NCBI GenBank assembly: GCA_022605425.2 | Contig: JAKIMF020000007.1 | Coordinates: 124,001 to 188,000 of the forward strand | From: Hamiltosporidium tvaerminnensis FI-OER-3-3 | Lineage: Eukaryota; Fungi; Microsporidia | Direction: 5' to 3' | Length of the DNA: 64,000 nt | Shown: one piece after another, positions 45,772 through 59,050 of the stretch | Layout: each line of letters begins with the position of its first letter | Numbering within the stretch: position 1 is the stretch's first letter | Made by a program: the position numbers and the translations under genes | Notes under the pieces: generated by a model | The model's input: only the letters and a program-made list of their open reading frames with translations | Database searches by the model: none | What the model was told of the DNA's origin: nothing

Positions 45772-46549
45772 TTTTTTACTTCAAGAATAAGAGAGATAAA
45801 AATATTATCACCTGAGAAAATGCAATTGAATGTTGCCATTCATTTTATAATTTATTTTTAAGATTTATAATAATCCAAACTTTTAGGATAATTAGGACAG
45901 CGATAGATAAAAAACATTTATAATAATAATTCTTTTTGTGGCATTTTTCAAGTTCTTGATTCGACACAAAAAAACATTTTAAAACTATTTTAAATATTAG
46001 AAACAAAATACATTATATATAAATCGTAGAAAAAATAATTGATTTTCTGTGCATTCAATTCGTAGTTTTTATGATATGTAAAGGATTCATATTTAGAATT
46101 TAAAAACCTAATAGATTATCATTCAATTATAAGATATTAAAATAGGAAAATTTAAATAAAAGAATATTTCAAAAAAGTGTGTAACTTATGTTGTTTTAAT
46201 ATTTTATGGCCTTTTTTTAAAAAATTATTCGTCTTTTATTTACGTATCAAATAAATTTCATTTTTATCTCGTCAAGATTCATCACGAGTTTCTTTTTCAT
46301 GAACAGATATATATTGACTTCAATGGAATGCATTGTTATGTAAAATTTCAAATTATCAACATTTTAACTTTGAATAAAGTTGTAAATCAATATCAATTTA
46401 AAGTAAAGTTTGGTGAATATTTGTTTTGCTCACTTTTGAGAAAAAAAGTCTTATAAATTTATAAAAAATATAATAAAATGCTCAAAAAATATCATTATAA
46501 GAGGAGAGAAAAGAAAATAAAACAAAGCTTTTTTAATTGGAAATATTTC

Positions 46550-47365
46550 TTAAATAGATTTGAATCCAAATGCCCGAGAAATAGGATCAAAATAATATGT
46601 CATCCACCCATTCTTAAGATTATCTACGTCATTGGAAGGAACACCATAATGACTTATTTTTACCATACAATTCTTATCCTGAGATACAAAAGAAATCTCT
46701 ACTCTTGAAAGCATTTCCCATTTTTTTAGTTTCCAATCCATCTTAATAAACTTATCAGAAATATTAATATTTTTCTCGATAATCAAATTATATAAAAATC
46801 TTTGATTTTCTCCATAAACAGCCTCACCATTTGTCCAAATATTTATAAATTCTTTTTTTGTAAAAAAATTAAATAGATCATCAGAAGAAACGTTAAATAA
46901 CAAACTTATTGAATATCCCGATATTTTTTCAACTGAAACATTTGTATTGACAGTGTCTTCATTTTTTGAAACAGGAAGTTTATTTACCGCATTTTTTTTA
47001 ACTTCTGTATCGCATTTCTTATCAAGAATTACTTGTTCCGAGAAATTAGATATTGCTTCATTACGCATCTGAACAAGTATTTTGTGAAATATTTGTTTAT
47101 CTGTATCATTATGACATAAAATATCTTCAATATCAGAATATATATCAAAATCTTTTAATATAATAGAATCACCGTTCTTTGAGGCTGTAAGATTCAGAGT
47201 GTATAAAAGACCTATTTTATTCATACGTTGAGAGATATGCACATCGCCTTCTATCTTTGATGTTGTGTAACCCATGTTTTGTAATTCTCTTTTTAAAAAA
47301 TCATGTGACCATCCTGTTATATTACATTCTGTCCAATGGTAATTATTAGGATTGAGCGATGACAT
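46550..47365 (-). CDS. AHA1: Hsp90 ATPase activator Aha1
   Basis: N-terminal NPNNYHW-x-E (NxNNWHW motif), 'GDVHISQRMNK', C-terminal START-like domain 'MDWKLKKW...GWMTYYFDPISRAFGF'. CCCC upstream. Confidence 0.92.
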   Translation of the reverse strand: MSSLNPNNYHWTECNITGWSHDFLKRELQNMGYTTSKIEGDVHISQRMNKIGLLYTLNLTASKNGDSIILKDFDIYSDIEDILCHNDTDKQIFHKILVQMRNEAISNFSEQVILDKKCDTEVKKNAVNKLPVSKNEDTVNTNVSVEKISGYSISLLFNVSSDDLFNFFTKKEFINIWTNGEAVYGENQRFLYNLIIEKNINISDKFIKMDWKLKKWEMLSRVEISFVSQDKNCMVKISHYGVPSNDVDNLKNGWMTYYFDPISRAFGFKSI

Positions 47366-47551
47366 AAATTTTAAAGGGGATACAATTTTATAATTTAAAA
47401 TTTCTAGAAATTTCTTTCGTTATAAAATTTTTAAGATGTATGGATAGTTTATAAGTTAATGCCTTAGACATAAACCTTTCTATAAGACTTTTTTTTTCAA
47501 GCAGAAATTATATTTTTATAATTATTTCTAATAATTTATTTTTTTGTCAAG

Positions 47552-48270
47552 AAGATAACCACATAAAAAACTTTCTGCTTGGCAATGAGTGTGTGAAACT
47601 GGTGTGAGATCATTGTTTGGATTTTTGGTGGGAATACAACCACACTACATCTTCGGTTGTTCCATGGGAGTTGTTATGAGGAGGAGAGGTCTAAGAAATG
47701 GTGAAACTTTTTCTACGAATTTATTTGTAGTTTTTTATGTAACCAGATTGCAGACCGCAGCTGAACATGTAGGTAATTGCCATGTAAAAGCATGGAAACC
47801 TAGCCTTCCTCACTCGGGTTAGAGGACTTAGCGCTTGGGAAATATTAAACCAAAAACCATTTAAAGCCCAGAAAGCTAAGTAGCAGGTTATACCTGTTGG
47901 TATGACATTGCACTGTCTAGGTGGACCCGCTGTAAATCTCTAAAATATATCTTAGCTAGAAGTTTATTGGGTTCGGAAAGTGTAGAGTAAGTGGGAATGC
48001 TGCATAGTCTTGGGGGAGCCCAGGGGGGGCTTCGGCCTTCGATCACACTCCATGCAACGGACATTAACGAACTCCGGGCAACTGCCTCGCCTATTATTTA
48101 GGTTCTACACACCTGGTAGATGAAAGGCTTTGGGACGTAGGTATCGCAGGGGTTACTGATGGAGTGTTGGGGTAGCAGTCATTTATGTTAAACTTAGAAC
48201 AGGGTTAATGTCATGAAAACAAATATAACACTTGCCACTATTTTAAAAAGATTTGATACGTTTAAATAAA
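47552..48270 (+). mobile_element. ~720-nt retroposed structured non-coding element, copy B
   Basis: Paralogue of 27451-28173. TSD TTATTTTTTTG(T/C)CAAG at 47536-47551 and 48278-48293. Ends TTTAAATAAA. Confidence 0.9.
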
Positions 48271-49229
48271 GTAATTCTTATTTTTTTGCCAAGGCTGAGG
48301 ATAAAGTGCGTAAAAATATTTTATAACTTGATTAGGAAGATAATTTGATATAAATAGCATATATTAAATAAAAGACACCCAAGTAATACTTTTTAGGCGA
48401 TTTGAATATTTATAAACACTTTGGAATGAAAAAAACAGGGTAAGGAATTAAATTAATGTAAATGAGTAAATAAACGCCTTTGGTAAGTTTAAAAATATTC
48501 TATAATTCTAAAAAAAAAAACAAATATTCTAAGTATAAAAAAGCACCTGATATTGCTAATTCAAATAATATAGGATTTTATTGATAATACTAAATCTTTC
48601 AATAGAAGAATAAATGTATTTTAGGTTCGATATGTGGTTTTTTTTAAGTTTATATACAAACTCGTTTAATTTACCAAGCTAAAAACTTGATAGTGAGGAT
48701 TAAAAAAGATTGAGTTTTGAATTATATGTACGATTTTACAAAAAATGAAGCATCAGTAATGTAAAAGAAAATAAAACGCGGAAAGATTATTGCTAAAAAA
48801 TAGAATAATAAACTTCATTTTAAGTACACTAGAAACTATAGCATAGTTAATATAAGACGAACTCTGAGATTACAAAGGAAATATTATAAAAGACTAAACT
48901 ATTAATTATCTAACAAAATAGAAATCAAAATTACAGAATAAGATGTAAAACTAGAAATAATTAGTTATTGTGTCATTTGCTCTTGTAAATGGTCAAGGAG
49001 ACAGAAAATTGAGCCACCTGAAATCTTGTGTTTTGTATATGCATATAATTTTTCTATGTGAGAATACAAATTTAAATTATGTTATATTCTATTAGTTCGG
49101 TACCTAATTTAATTATTCAATCTATAATAGTGTATAAATATCCATATCGAAGTTTTAAGGATTAATCTTAGTTTCGAGATATACCTCTCTTAAATGAATA
49201 TAAATTTAAGTCTTCAAAAGAATTAAGAG

Positions 49230-49600
49230 CCAAAGTATTCTGAAAATACCTGAAAATTGGATTTTGAAGAGTAATTTACTTTAAATTGAAACTAATGTCG
49301 AAATTCGGAATAATAAATCAAATATTTTTTTATTTGTGGTAATAAATTAAAAAATATGGCGTTCATTGAAGTAAAAATTACCTCTCAATATTTTTCATAG
49401 ATTTCTGTAATCATAGAATTTAGAAAGTATAAATTTCTAGAAAACAAGCAATCTAATTAGAAATGTAATGACTTTAGATGGTATGGATATTACTTATCAC
49501 AAAGTATATCTAAAAAAACTTATGTATAATTGATTAAGAAAAGCATATTTCAGTCTTTAGTACACAAATTTAGAATAAAAACAATCTATTTTAATATACG
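49230..49600 (+). pseudogene. Decayed REL-endonuclease LINE fragment
   Basis: ...ETNVEIRNNKSNIF...FIEVKITSQ resembles KTDVKIRNNRPDIF...LIEVGITSQ. Confidence 0.6.
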
Positions 49601-50875
49601 GTCATATCCAGCCCAAAAAGCAACGCTGATGAGCGACAGAAAGTGGTTTTTAAAAACGGTATATCAGCATATATTTTAAATATATAGAGACTGATGAGAA
49701 GACAATTTCAAAAAAAAACAAAATCATAATTCATAATTTGGCATAGAATAGAACGAAAACAATCATCAATCCAAACTATAATATGTAATTAGATATAATG
49801 AAGATTTCGATCAAAAGAAAAATAGTGTGTTAATTAAACAAATATCTATACAATAAATTAACCGAAATCAAATGAGAAAGACCTAATATTGCTATTTTAC
49901 ATTTAAAGTAAATAAAATTTTAACGTTTTCTCTTTGCTTGCGTTATAAATATTATAAATATATTTTTCATTCTTTACATTACTTTATGTATCTTTAAAAT
50001 ATTACTCATTTTTCAATATTAATTATCCATTGAAAATTATTAACACTTAAATAATTTTACTTTATAAATCTTTAAATAATGATCCTACAGATCATAAGAA
50101 TGTCAACAAAAAAAATACAAATTACATTTTCCCAATCATATCATATGACTTAAATACATTTTGATTTATAAATCGAAATAAAAAAATATAATTATTCAGA
50201 CTTTTAATTATATACTTAACGCCTAGAATCAGTTTATTATAATCATTTATTCTTGTTTTTTAAATTTAATTTAAATAATACTATCTCGTGTTTAGTATTC
50301 TTTTTGAAAATATTTGACCTTAAATTCTAATTTTAAATTCCAATTTTAAGTCATAAATTAATTTAGACAACTCTATATTTACAGATAACATACTATCATG
50401 GTCCAAGATTAGAATTTTAAGTCATAGAAAAGTAAATATAACTTTACCATTATTAAATTTAAAAAAATCTTTCTTCTTTAATATTTTTGAACATCTTTTC
50501 AAAACCATTTTTTTAATTTATCTAATATAAATGCAAATATTTTTTAAAAAAACGTAACTATAAATCTACAATATTTAATAAAAATATAAATTATTAACCA
50601 TTTAAGCTTTCTGATACTGTTACATTACATTCTCCAATTATACTATGTAAATATAACAACATATCATAGAATATAATTAATATTTTATTTTTTTAATTCA
50701 AAAGATATAGAATTAGCATTAAAACATAAGTAAAACACCTCAATCTATAAATATTTTTAATTCAAAAGATATAGAATTAGTATAAGAACATATTTTTAAT
50801 CAATATTCTTTAATTTTTTTATTCTTCCTATACTTTAATACCTTTTTAAGAAAATTTCTATTTTTCAATTTTTAT

Positions 50876-51025
50876 TTATTAAAATTCTGGGCTAAAATAT
50901 TTTTACCATTTTTATATGTTTTCTTCTACCTCATCTATTCTTCAAAATAATTATTAAAATTCTGGGCTAAAATATTTTTACCATTTTTATATGTTTTCTT
51001 CTACCTCATCTATGCTTCAAAATAA
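50876..51025 (-). repeat. Two tandem 75-bp units each carrying the 3' tail of the RT-REL LINE
   Basis: aaaattctgggctaaaatatttttaccatttttatatgttttcttctacctc matches 10829-10880 and occurs twice (units at 50876 and 50951). Confidence 0.85.
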
Positions 51026-51072
51026 TTAATTTATATAAACAAAAAAAAAATTAGAAAATATTTTTTTACCCA

Positions 51073-51804
51073 ATGGACGATGAACAAATTTCAATAACTC
51101 GTCGTAGAAATATAGTTACAGAATCTGAAAAAGAAGAAAATGAATTTTATTTATATGAAGAATTTTACATTTTATCCTATTTACGTTCATCCATTCCAAC
51201 AATTTGTGATCCTGTATGTATATGTCTTCGTATATGTATATTAGCAGATTTAACTTTTAATTCTTATATAACTATTGACAATAAAGGAAATATAAAATAT
51301 TTAGAAGGTATAATAACAGATCCTATTCTTAAAGAAGTACACAATCTTATTAAAGAAAATGTATATACGCCTAAAGAATGGATATATTCATTGAATGGAG
51401 AAAGTTTTTCGTATTCTAAAATAGGATTACACATTAAAAATCTTAGATTTAGAATAACGAAAAAAATGGAAGAAAATAGAATTTTTATTTCTAAAAAACG
51501 AAATAATATTTTTAGTAAAAGAAAATATTCGATAGAAAATAATATTAAAAGGAAGTTATGTGATAGAGTTATAGAATATTTAACTGTTCGTAATACTTAT
51601 TCACTTAGAATAGAAATTTTGATAGGATTTTTGTCTTTTTGTAGTGTGTGTGGACCTATTTTAAATTCATTGCCACCTAAAATATGTCTACAGGCAAAAA
51701 CATACGTAAATGAAATTCGTAAGAAATTTAAAGAAACAAATTTATGTAAAAATCCAATAGAAATCATTGTTTATCAACTTATGAAAACAATATATAAATA
51801 TTAA
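51073..51804 (+). CDS. VPS74: Vps74/GOLPH3 (GPP34) family Golgi protein
   Basis: 'LYEEFYILS', 'LRICILADL', 'TDPILKEV', 'EWIYSLNGESF...HIKNLRFRITKKM' follow the GOLPH3 pattern (LMEEVLLLG, LRGCMLIEL, TGDVLLDE, WIELLSGETW...LRNVRERLAKNL). CCC before the ATG. Confidence 0.85.
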   Translation: MDDEQISITRRRNIVTESEKEENEFYLYEEFYILSYLRSSIPTICDPVCICLRICILADLTFNSYITIDNKGNIKYLEGIITDPILKEVHNLIKENVYTPKEWIYSLNGESFSYSKIGLHIKNLRFRITKKMEENRIFISKKRNNIFSKRKYSIENNIKRKLCDRVIEYLTVRNTYSLRIEILIGFLSFCSVCGPILNSLPPKICLQAKTYVNEIRKKFKETNLCKNPIEIIVYQLMKTIYKY

Positions 51805-52138
51805 TTTTTTAAGTTCTTTCTTTAAAAAAAAAGTTACAATATTTTATGAAAGACAGTTTTAAGGCAAAATCTGTGTTTTAAGTTCCTTCTTTAAAAAAAA
51901 AGTTACAATATTTTATGAAAGACAGTTTTAAGTCAAAATCTGTGTTTAATTATCAAAATCTTGGGTTGTCTACATTTTATGAAAGATTATTTTTAAAAAT
52001 CTTTGGTTTTAAAATCTTAGTCTCATATATTTTTTAAAAAACTAAAAATTTGTAAAATCTTAGTCTCCATATTTTTTAAAGACTATTTTTTAAAAAACTA
52101 AAAATTTTAATATCTGTATTGTTTTTAATAGAAACGTT

Positions 52139-52212
52139 AGTGGTAAAAGAGGTAGAAGAAAATGCATAAAAATCGTAAAAAAATTTTAACTCAGAATTTT
52201 ATTAAATAAAAA
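52139..52212 (+). mobile_element. 3' tail fragment of the RT-REL LINE
   Basis: gtggtaaaagaggtagaagaaaatgcataaaaa...aactcagaattttattaaataaaa is the reverse complement of 10823-10890. Confidence 0.8.
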
Positions 52213-53639
52213 TTCTGATTAAAATTTAAAAGAAAAATAAAAAATATTTTTAAACTTTTAAAAGAATATATTCGATTATTTTTTCTTATATTTTTAAATA
52301 TAGATTTAATATTTTATTTTACTTTTTATAGAAATATATTTATAATATAATTCTAATTAATAAATTGAATAATGTCTCTAACAACGAATCATCTCAAAAT
52401 ATTTAATTTGTTAAAAAAATACAAGAAATTAAAAAGAGTGCTCTAATTGGAAATAACTCTTTTAATTTGTTTATAAGTCTTATACAACCAATAATAGTAA
52501 GTATAAGTGAAAAATGAAACATTTAAAAAGATTTTATTAATTCAAAAAAATATTTAAAATAAAATTGTAATAATAAGATAATAAATTGTAATATATAGTA
52601 ATACTAACTATAAATTGTAGTATATAGTAATACTAACTATAAATTGTAGTTATAGTAATAATAAGATAATAAATTTCTTGTTTTTATTTTTTAAATTTTT
52701 CCTTTTAAAGAAAATTTAAATAAATTTTTTTCAAATTTTTTTTCTAATAATTTTACGGTTACATAAACAATTTTGGTAAAAGATTGGTTCTTTCTATTAT
52801 TCTTCTGTGAAATTCGTTTATATCTTTAATAATAATTGGTATAAGATTGGTGCTTGAATACCTTCGTGGAATTTTATAGTTGATTAAAGTTAAAGATTTT
52901 TAATAAAAATAAATGAGAATTTAACAAAAAAATAAATTAAATAATACAGCATATAGTTTAAAGAACAGTGTTTCCTGAAAAAGAAAAAGTTTTACCCTAA
53001 AAATGTTAATCGATAAAGAAAGTGGAATTTAATCAAAATAAATTTTAAACCGAACAGAATAGAGATAAAATGCTGATTCTAAAGCTCTAAAAAATTAGAA
53101 GTAAATAAGAAGTAAAGAAGAAAGGAAAGAAGACAAATATGAAGTTTAAAAAAACCCTTAATTTTTATTAGAAAATTGATCAAAAGTGGCTAATAATACA
53201 GACATGAAAGACTAAAAAAATATACGAGAAACAGACCAGAAGAGAATAATAAATTCTTATTGAAAAAATTAAGGAGCTATAGCTGAGATAATGAAGTTTA
53301 AAATTATAAAAGATATTTTTTTATTTGGTTTTTTTAAATGTAAAATAAAGTTTTTTTCAACGATCTTAATAGCTACTAGGAATATAATGGTACTATCTTC
53401 ATAATTTTATATTTTACTGATTTCATTATGAATTTATTCATAAATACTTCATTTGGAATTTAAAACTCATTTATAATTTACTGCTTATTTACTGATTTAT
53501 TTATCAATTTTTTCATAAATACTTCATTTGGAATTTAAAACTCATTTATAATTTTGAAAATGATCTTAATAGAGAGAAAATTTGTCAAATAAGATGGAAT
53601 TGATATATTGGATCTTTGAACAAATCAAAATAGTTTAAA

Positions 53640-54700
53640 TTTTTTATTAAAATAAAATGTGATATGTCAATACGTCATTTGAGTTATGAGTTTCGCTGAA
53701 TATTACCTTTTGTGAGATAAGGAACCATATCTCGATTTTTTAATTCGGTTCAAAGTATAAAAAATATTATTTCATTAGTTTTTAAAGCGTTGTATTTGCT
53801 TTACTGTAAGTTCTTAGGTTAACATCATGATTATCGGCTGGCATTCGATCAAGAGCTGTCGTAACCTGACAGACATATTCGGTTTTTTGATCAAATAAAA
53901 TTTGTAATGCAGCAATAATTTTTAGATTCGAGTTGGTATTTAATCGACATTGGTGATCTGTTTCTTTATCAATGGCATCTATAAAAAAAACTTGAATAAA
54001 TTTATGATTCGAATCTTATAGCGATAGGAGTGATCCAGTTAGATAATAAATTTGTCTTTGTACTTTGAACGTTGGTAGTATATACTTTTTAATATAATTT
54101 ATGTTGCGCCGAATGATTTCATTTTAAAGCTCGAATTTACAACATGTTTGTCAATAAATGTTTCGAATGAAGTTTTTCATCTAAAATCAACGTGTATAAT
54201 GGTGCAGGTGATAAATTTACTTAACGGTAATTTCACTTTTATCTGCGCAGCACATTCTTGAGTTTTGATCACAGAATTTCAATTAAAAATAATATGAAGA
54301 TATCATGTCTATTTAAAACAACACTACCATGAAGACTGTAATTGTAATTAGCCTCATAGTGGAATGTAGCAAAATTTTAATCGGGGTGTCTTTCTCTTTT
54401 GATTCGAACGTTGCGTTCTCAATTAGTTCATAAGTATTTTATTCAGTTGTTCCTTTGTTTCATTTGAATGGATCGGGTATTTTGTGATCAAATTTTTTTA
54501 ATCTTAATTCTTGTTGCTCTTCTTTTTTTTAAAGCGAATCTAAATATTTTTAAATCAATTGGTTGCTGATCTTAATTCTTGTTAATCTTTTTTTTCATTA
54601 AAGTGAACTAGATTTGTGTGGTTTCGATTGGTTTCCAAGCTTTAATTTCGTTTCTCTTTTGTTTTTCCAGCTAGTAACCCCTTTTTTTTATTTCAACCGT
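53640..54700 (-). pseudogene. Helitron Rep/helicase N-terminal remnant
   Basis: Frameshifted minus-strand motifs MCCA..KVKLP (~54255), SKHLLTN, MKSFGAT (~54115), PTFKVQRQIYYLTGSL (~54075), TALDRMP (~53860), RDMV and SETHNS occur in the order typical of Helitron proteins. Confidence 0.75.
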
Positions 54701-54908
54701 TTAAAATAGAAAATTGTTTTTCCTTTTTTGAGACATAACTTCTACTTTACATTCACAACTTCCAATTAAGTATTTTTTAAAAAAAAGAGAGAAAGAGATA
54801 GATTGAAGCTTTAAAATAAATATTTAACTTTTTGATAATTTTATATAACTAAAACCCCTTTAACTAGTAACTTATCTAACAGAATTCTTTAAATCACCAA
54901 ATTCTTAT

Positions 54909-55109
54909 TTAACTCCGTTTAAATACAACGTCATATCTAACACCATTCAACTCATCTACTCTAATGAACACCTTTTCTAAAAAATCCCAAATAAAGCCTT
55001 TATACCTATGTTTAAAATAAAAATTAAACTTTTTATAACTAAAACCATAGATAAAATACTTATGATAACACCTTTCTTTTACTATCATTACACACACAGA
55101 CACATACAT
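54909..55109 (-). CDS. Possible small protein (66 aa), unknown
   Basis: ATG-initiated ORF with G/T-rich codons unlike its flanks; AATAAG overlaps the stop. No family recognised. Confidence 0.3.
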   Translation of the reverse strand: MYVSVCVMIVKERCYHKYFIYGFSYKKFNFYFKHRYKGFIWDFLEKVFIRVDELNGVRYDVVFKRS

Positions 55110-58100
55110 TCATTTTTATATATTAGGATTTATTGGTTTCTACTTACTTATTAGCTAGTTGATTGATATTAAACTAATGATTGGTTCATTAAAAATATAT
55201 TTATTATCTTACAAATCATCCAATAATCTTTATCATAATTATATGGAAAAAGGAAAATATAAATTTTAAAAGAACAATCGATCTTAGAGAAAAATGAAAT
55301 ATGGGTTTTTAAATAATATTCTACTGTTTTTTATGATGGCCTTTTGCTTCAATTTATTCAAAAAAAAGAGTCCAGCTGAAGAAGAAGAAGAAAGAATCAA
55401 AAATTTTCCGAACAAAATATCTTTATTCGGTTCAAGAGACAACAATGTTATATTATAGATTTAGATTGTAGCTACACTTTTAAAGGTAAATAAAGTATTT
55501 CTAACTATTTATATTAACTTTTAATTATTCTTTAAAAAAATATAATTTAATATTGAAAATTCGAATTATATAGTCTATGCCTCTATTCTTATTCTGTATT
55601 GGGTTCTCTATAGAGTTTTATTTTATTTTTATTTAAATTTTAGGCTTTGTTTTCAGTGTCTCAATCCTAAAAAAATCCAAGGTTTGTTTCTATGAAAGGC
55701 TATTTTTTCGCTTGAAAAAAATCAAATTTCGGTTCTAGGTTATATATAACGTAGCTAATGAAATGGATTTCTTCTTAATTTAGAACATTCATTTGTATTT
55801 GATTTAAACTCAAATAATTTGTCAAAATAATTAAAAAAATGTTTCATTTAACTCATAAATACTTTGGGTAATTCAAGCTTTTATAATAAAATTGATTTGT
55901 AATTTTAAACTTATATTTATTAATAAATAAAGAATTACATTTTGGCTGTCTAAGTGATTATTTTAAAACTAAACATACTAATACGGTTCGATCTTTATAT
56001 CAAAATATAAAATTTAAAGGATTCAAGTTTTACGAATTTCTAATTAATCTAAATTAGTTGTTTCCGTTTTAATACAAAAAAAACAATAAAATTTATATCC
56101 ATTTAGTATTTTAGATCATCAAATAAATACTACTGACTCATGTTCTTCACAATATTTCTTTAAGATTTTATGAAAATTTAAGGAAAATTTATTTTTTTTA
56201 CTCTAAACTTTATATGTATTCAAGGAAAACAAATTTGAAGATATTAGAACAAATTTAATGAGTTAAATACGATTATATATGCATATGGTTTTGTATAGTA
56301 TCACTATATACACAAAATATTCATAAATCTTGGTATTTGTCTTTTTGAAAACATGAAGTATAGGTTAAAACAAGGAAGGTTTTGTTTTATAATTTTAGAT
56401 TTTTAATATTAGATCATTTAAAGAAATCAATTTTCTATTACTTTTAAATCCTATGTAACTAATTTATTCGATTAATTTGCTATAATAAACAATTTAAATG
56501 TTATCTGAGTTGTTTTATAAGTTTATTTCCAATATAATTTTCCAGCTTAAATTTTGAAGAAAAATATTCTTCATTAGAAGATTAGTGTTATATCTTTATT
56601 CTTTATCGGTCAAATAACTAAATTATAACACTAATCTTTTTTTGGATATTTCTTTGGGCTGAGAACATATTTAAGCTTCTAAATATCTATATGTGTGTCT
56701 CTTAAGAGTTTCTATATTTATAAACAAGTACATTCTTTATTCCTAGTTTATATTGTAGGATAGGAATTAAACATATATAATTGGTATTCCATTCTGCGAA
56801 AATATACAAAACTGGTTTAAGTCATTGTTTTTCCTTTGATACTTAAACAAAAACATTATTTTTGCTTTATGAACATAAACAATACATCTTCAAATCAGTT
56901 TTGTACAAAATTTTTTTTACATAAAGTCAATACATCTATATAAGTGTATAAGATAATCTTAAGATTAGATACTTTCTAATACCTTTTATCATTTATATGT
57001 GTTACCATTCAATGTTTTCAGTGTATTCTATCGTTCCTCTTGACAAATTGTCAAGGATTTGTTAAAATTTATTACTCTTATGAACAATTGTTGTAAAATA
57101 AAATTTTGACTTGTCGTTCTCAAAATAAAACCAAATCAAGCCGTTTAAAAAGCGAATGCACTCTAATATTAGATAATTAAATCAGAAAAACTGCTTAGTG
57201 TTTACTAAAATCTATTATTTTTAGTTTGATTCTGGGACTTATATAATCTAATAAAGATTGTAGGGTGTTTGTTAACTTTCGACTAAATATCCGGAGTAAA
57301 TCAAAGCATAGTACATTTGCTTGCAAATTATCAAATTACTCTTTAAGCTTTTGTTTTTATTTATCATTTAGTGTTACATGTAGCAATTTATACAACCAGA
57401 ATTTTAGATTTTACTCTCAAAAATTAGTTTTGGTCACAATAAAGTTTTTGCATTCGTATAATTTGTCAAAATTTTGACATTTATGAAATTTTTGATTTAT
57501 ATTTTAAACATAGTTCGTTTTTTCGATTGAAGTACATTTTAATATTTACTAGACACTTATATTTCAATAAATAGAAAAATGAATGAACTTATATTATAAC
57601 AAATGTTGTAACTTCAATAGCAAAATAATATTCGGTATAAATTTGTGGTTTTGGTTGTAATATTATTAATTTAGCAAATAGGAAAATTATAAATGCAATT
57701 TTCAGATACATTAGAGAAAATAAATTAGATAAAACTGCATTTTATTTTATATCTGTGACCGTTTAAATTCCAAGGTTCTATATACTTATATAAAAATCGA
57801 CAGTTTATTCTAATCCATTACATACTTAAGACAAACGGCTAGATACCCAAATTTAAAACACATCCTTAAAATCCAAGGATATCTTCAAAGATAGATAAGA
57901 ATGTATTTATTTTACATAATTTTACTTTTTACAAATATGATTAAGGATATAGCGAAGTATAAACATTTTTTTGTTTTCTTCTTTTAACTTCTTTTGAACT
58001 TAAGCATGTTTTTAGGTTTATGTTTTTAAGAATTATTCTTTTATCTGTAAATTTTCTCTATCAGAGATTTGATGACAATTAAAATAGAAATTATACTTTT

Positions 58101-58839
58101 CTGATTTTACTTTAAAGCCATTCAATATCCCTTTTGAGTAATATCTCATAATATATACTTATTGAATTTATATGATACTTAGTCACGAAATAATTGTTCA
58201 ATATATCAACCAGAGCATTTATATTAAGATAGTTCGGTTTATACGAAACAAAATCGTAATAATCATCTTATCTAAGTTCATTTACTTAAATAATATATTT
58301 TATAATTGAATTATAGAGATTTATTAAATTACGAACACCACATTTTTCTCATGTCTAGTTGAGAAATTCTAATCCAATTACTCGCCAAGATAAACAACTA
58401 AGCTTCTTATCACTTTCATTCTCTTATGTAACATTTGATGTTGATCCTTAATAAAATCTAAGTTTTTATCATGTAAATATTGAAATTTCATATTTACTTT
58501 CTGTTATCATATATGATAAAATAGTTCAAGCCATCCCCCTAAGCCTTCTCAAAACCATTTTCGACAAATATATTTTCTTAAAATTTTAGTTAATTATAAA
58601 TCCTGTGTGATAACCTACTATTGTATAATTTTTAACTTTCTCTCCTGAATCTATTCTTATAGTTTATTATGATCTAATATTTCCTGACTCAAAACTTAAA
58701 ATGCAAAGTAATGATTCGTATTTAATAAATAATAGAGACAATTTTCAAACCAAGTGTATCTGTATCTATTTTACTCGTTAAAAACCATATATTTCATATG
58801 TGTAATAAAAAATATAAACTTAAAGTGTGTTTATGAAAC

Positions 58840-59050
58840 ATTTCCTAATCTTATTCACACCTTTACTATAATAAATCATGTCGCCAATCCTCTCTATTCC
58901 TACCATTTTCCTAATCTTATTCACACCTTTACAATAATACATTATGTCATCAATCCTCTCTATTCCTACCTTTTTCCCAATCCTATTCCAGCTTTACAAT
59001 AATACATTATGTCGTCAATCCTCTCTATTCCTACCATTTTCCTAATCCAT
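58840..59050. repeat. 66-bp tandem repeat (~3 units)
   Basis: cctaatcttattcacacctttac...caatcctctctattcctacc is repeated (58844, 58910). Confidence 0.88.

Noticed and set aside
49626-49710. Two CTGATGA words suggesting a hammerhead ribozyme
   Set aside because: No flanking stems I-III could be formed.
55082-55107. Candidate 26-nt spliceosomal intron GTATGT...TAATGATAG on the minus strand
   Set aside because: Splicing after ATG AAT gives an immediate TAA; no productive frame.
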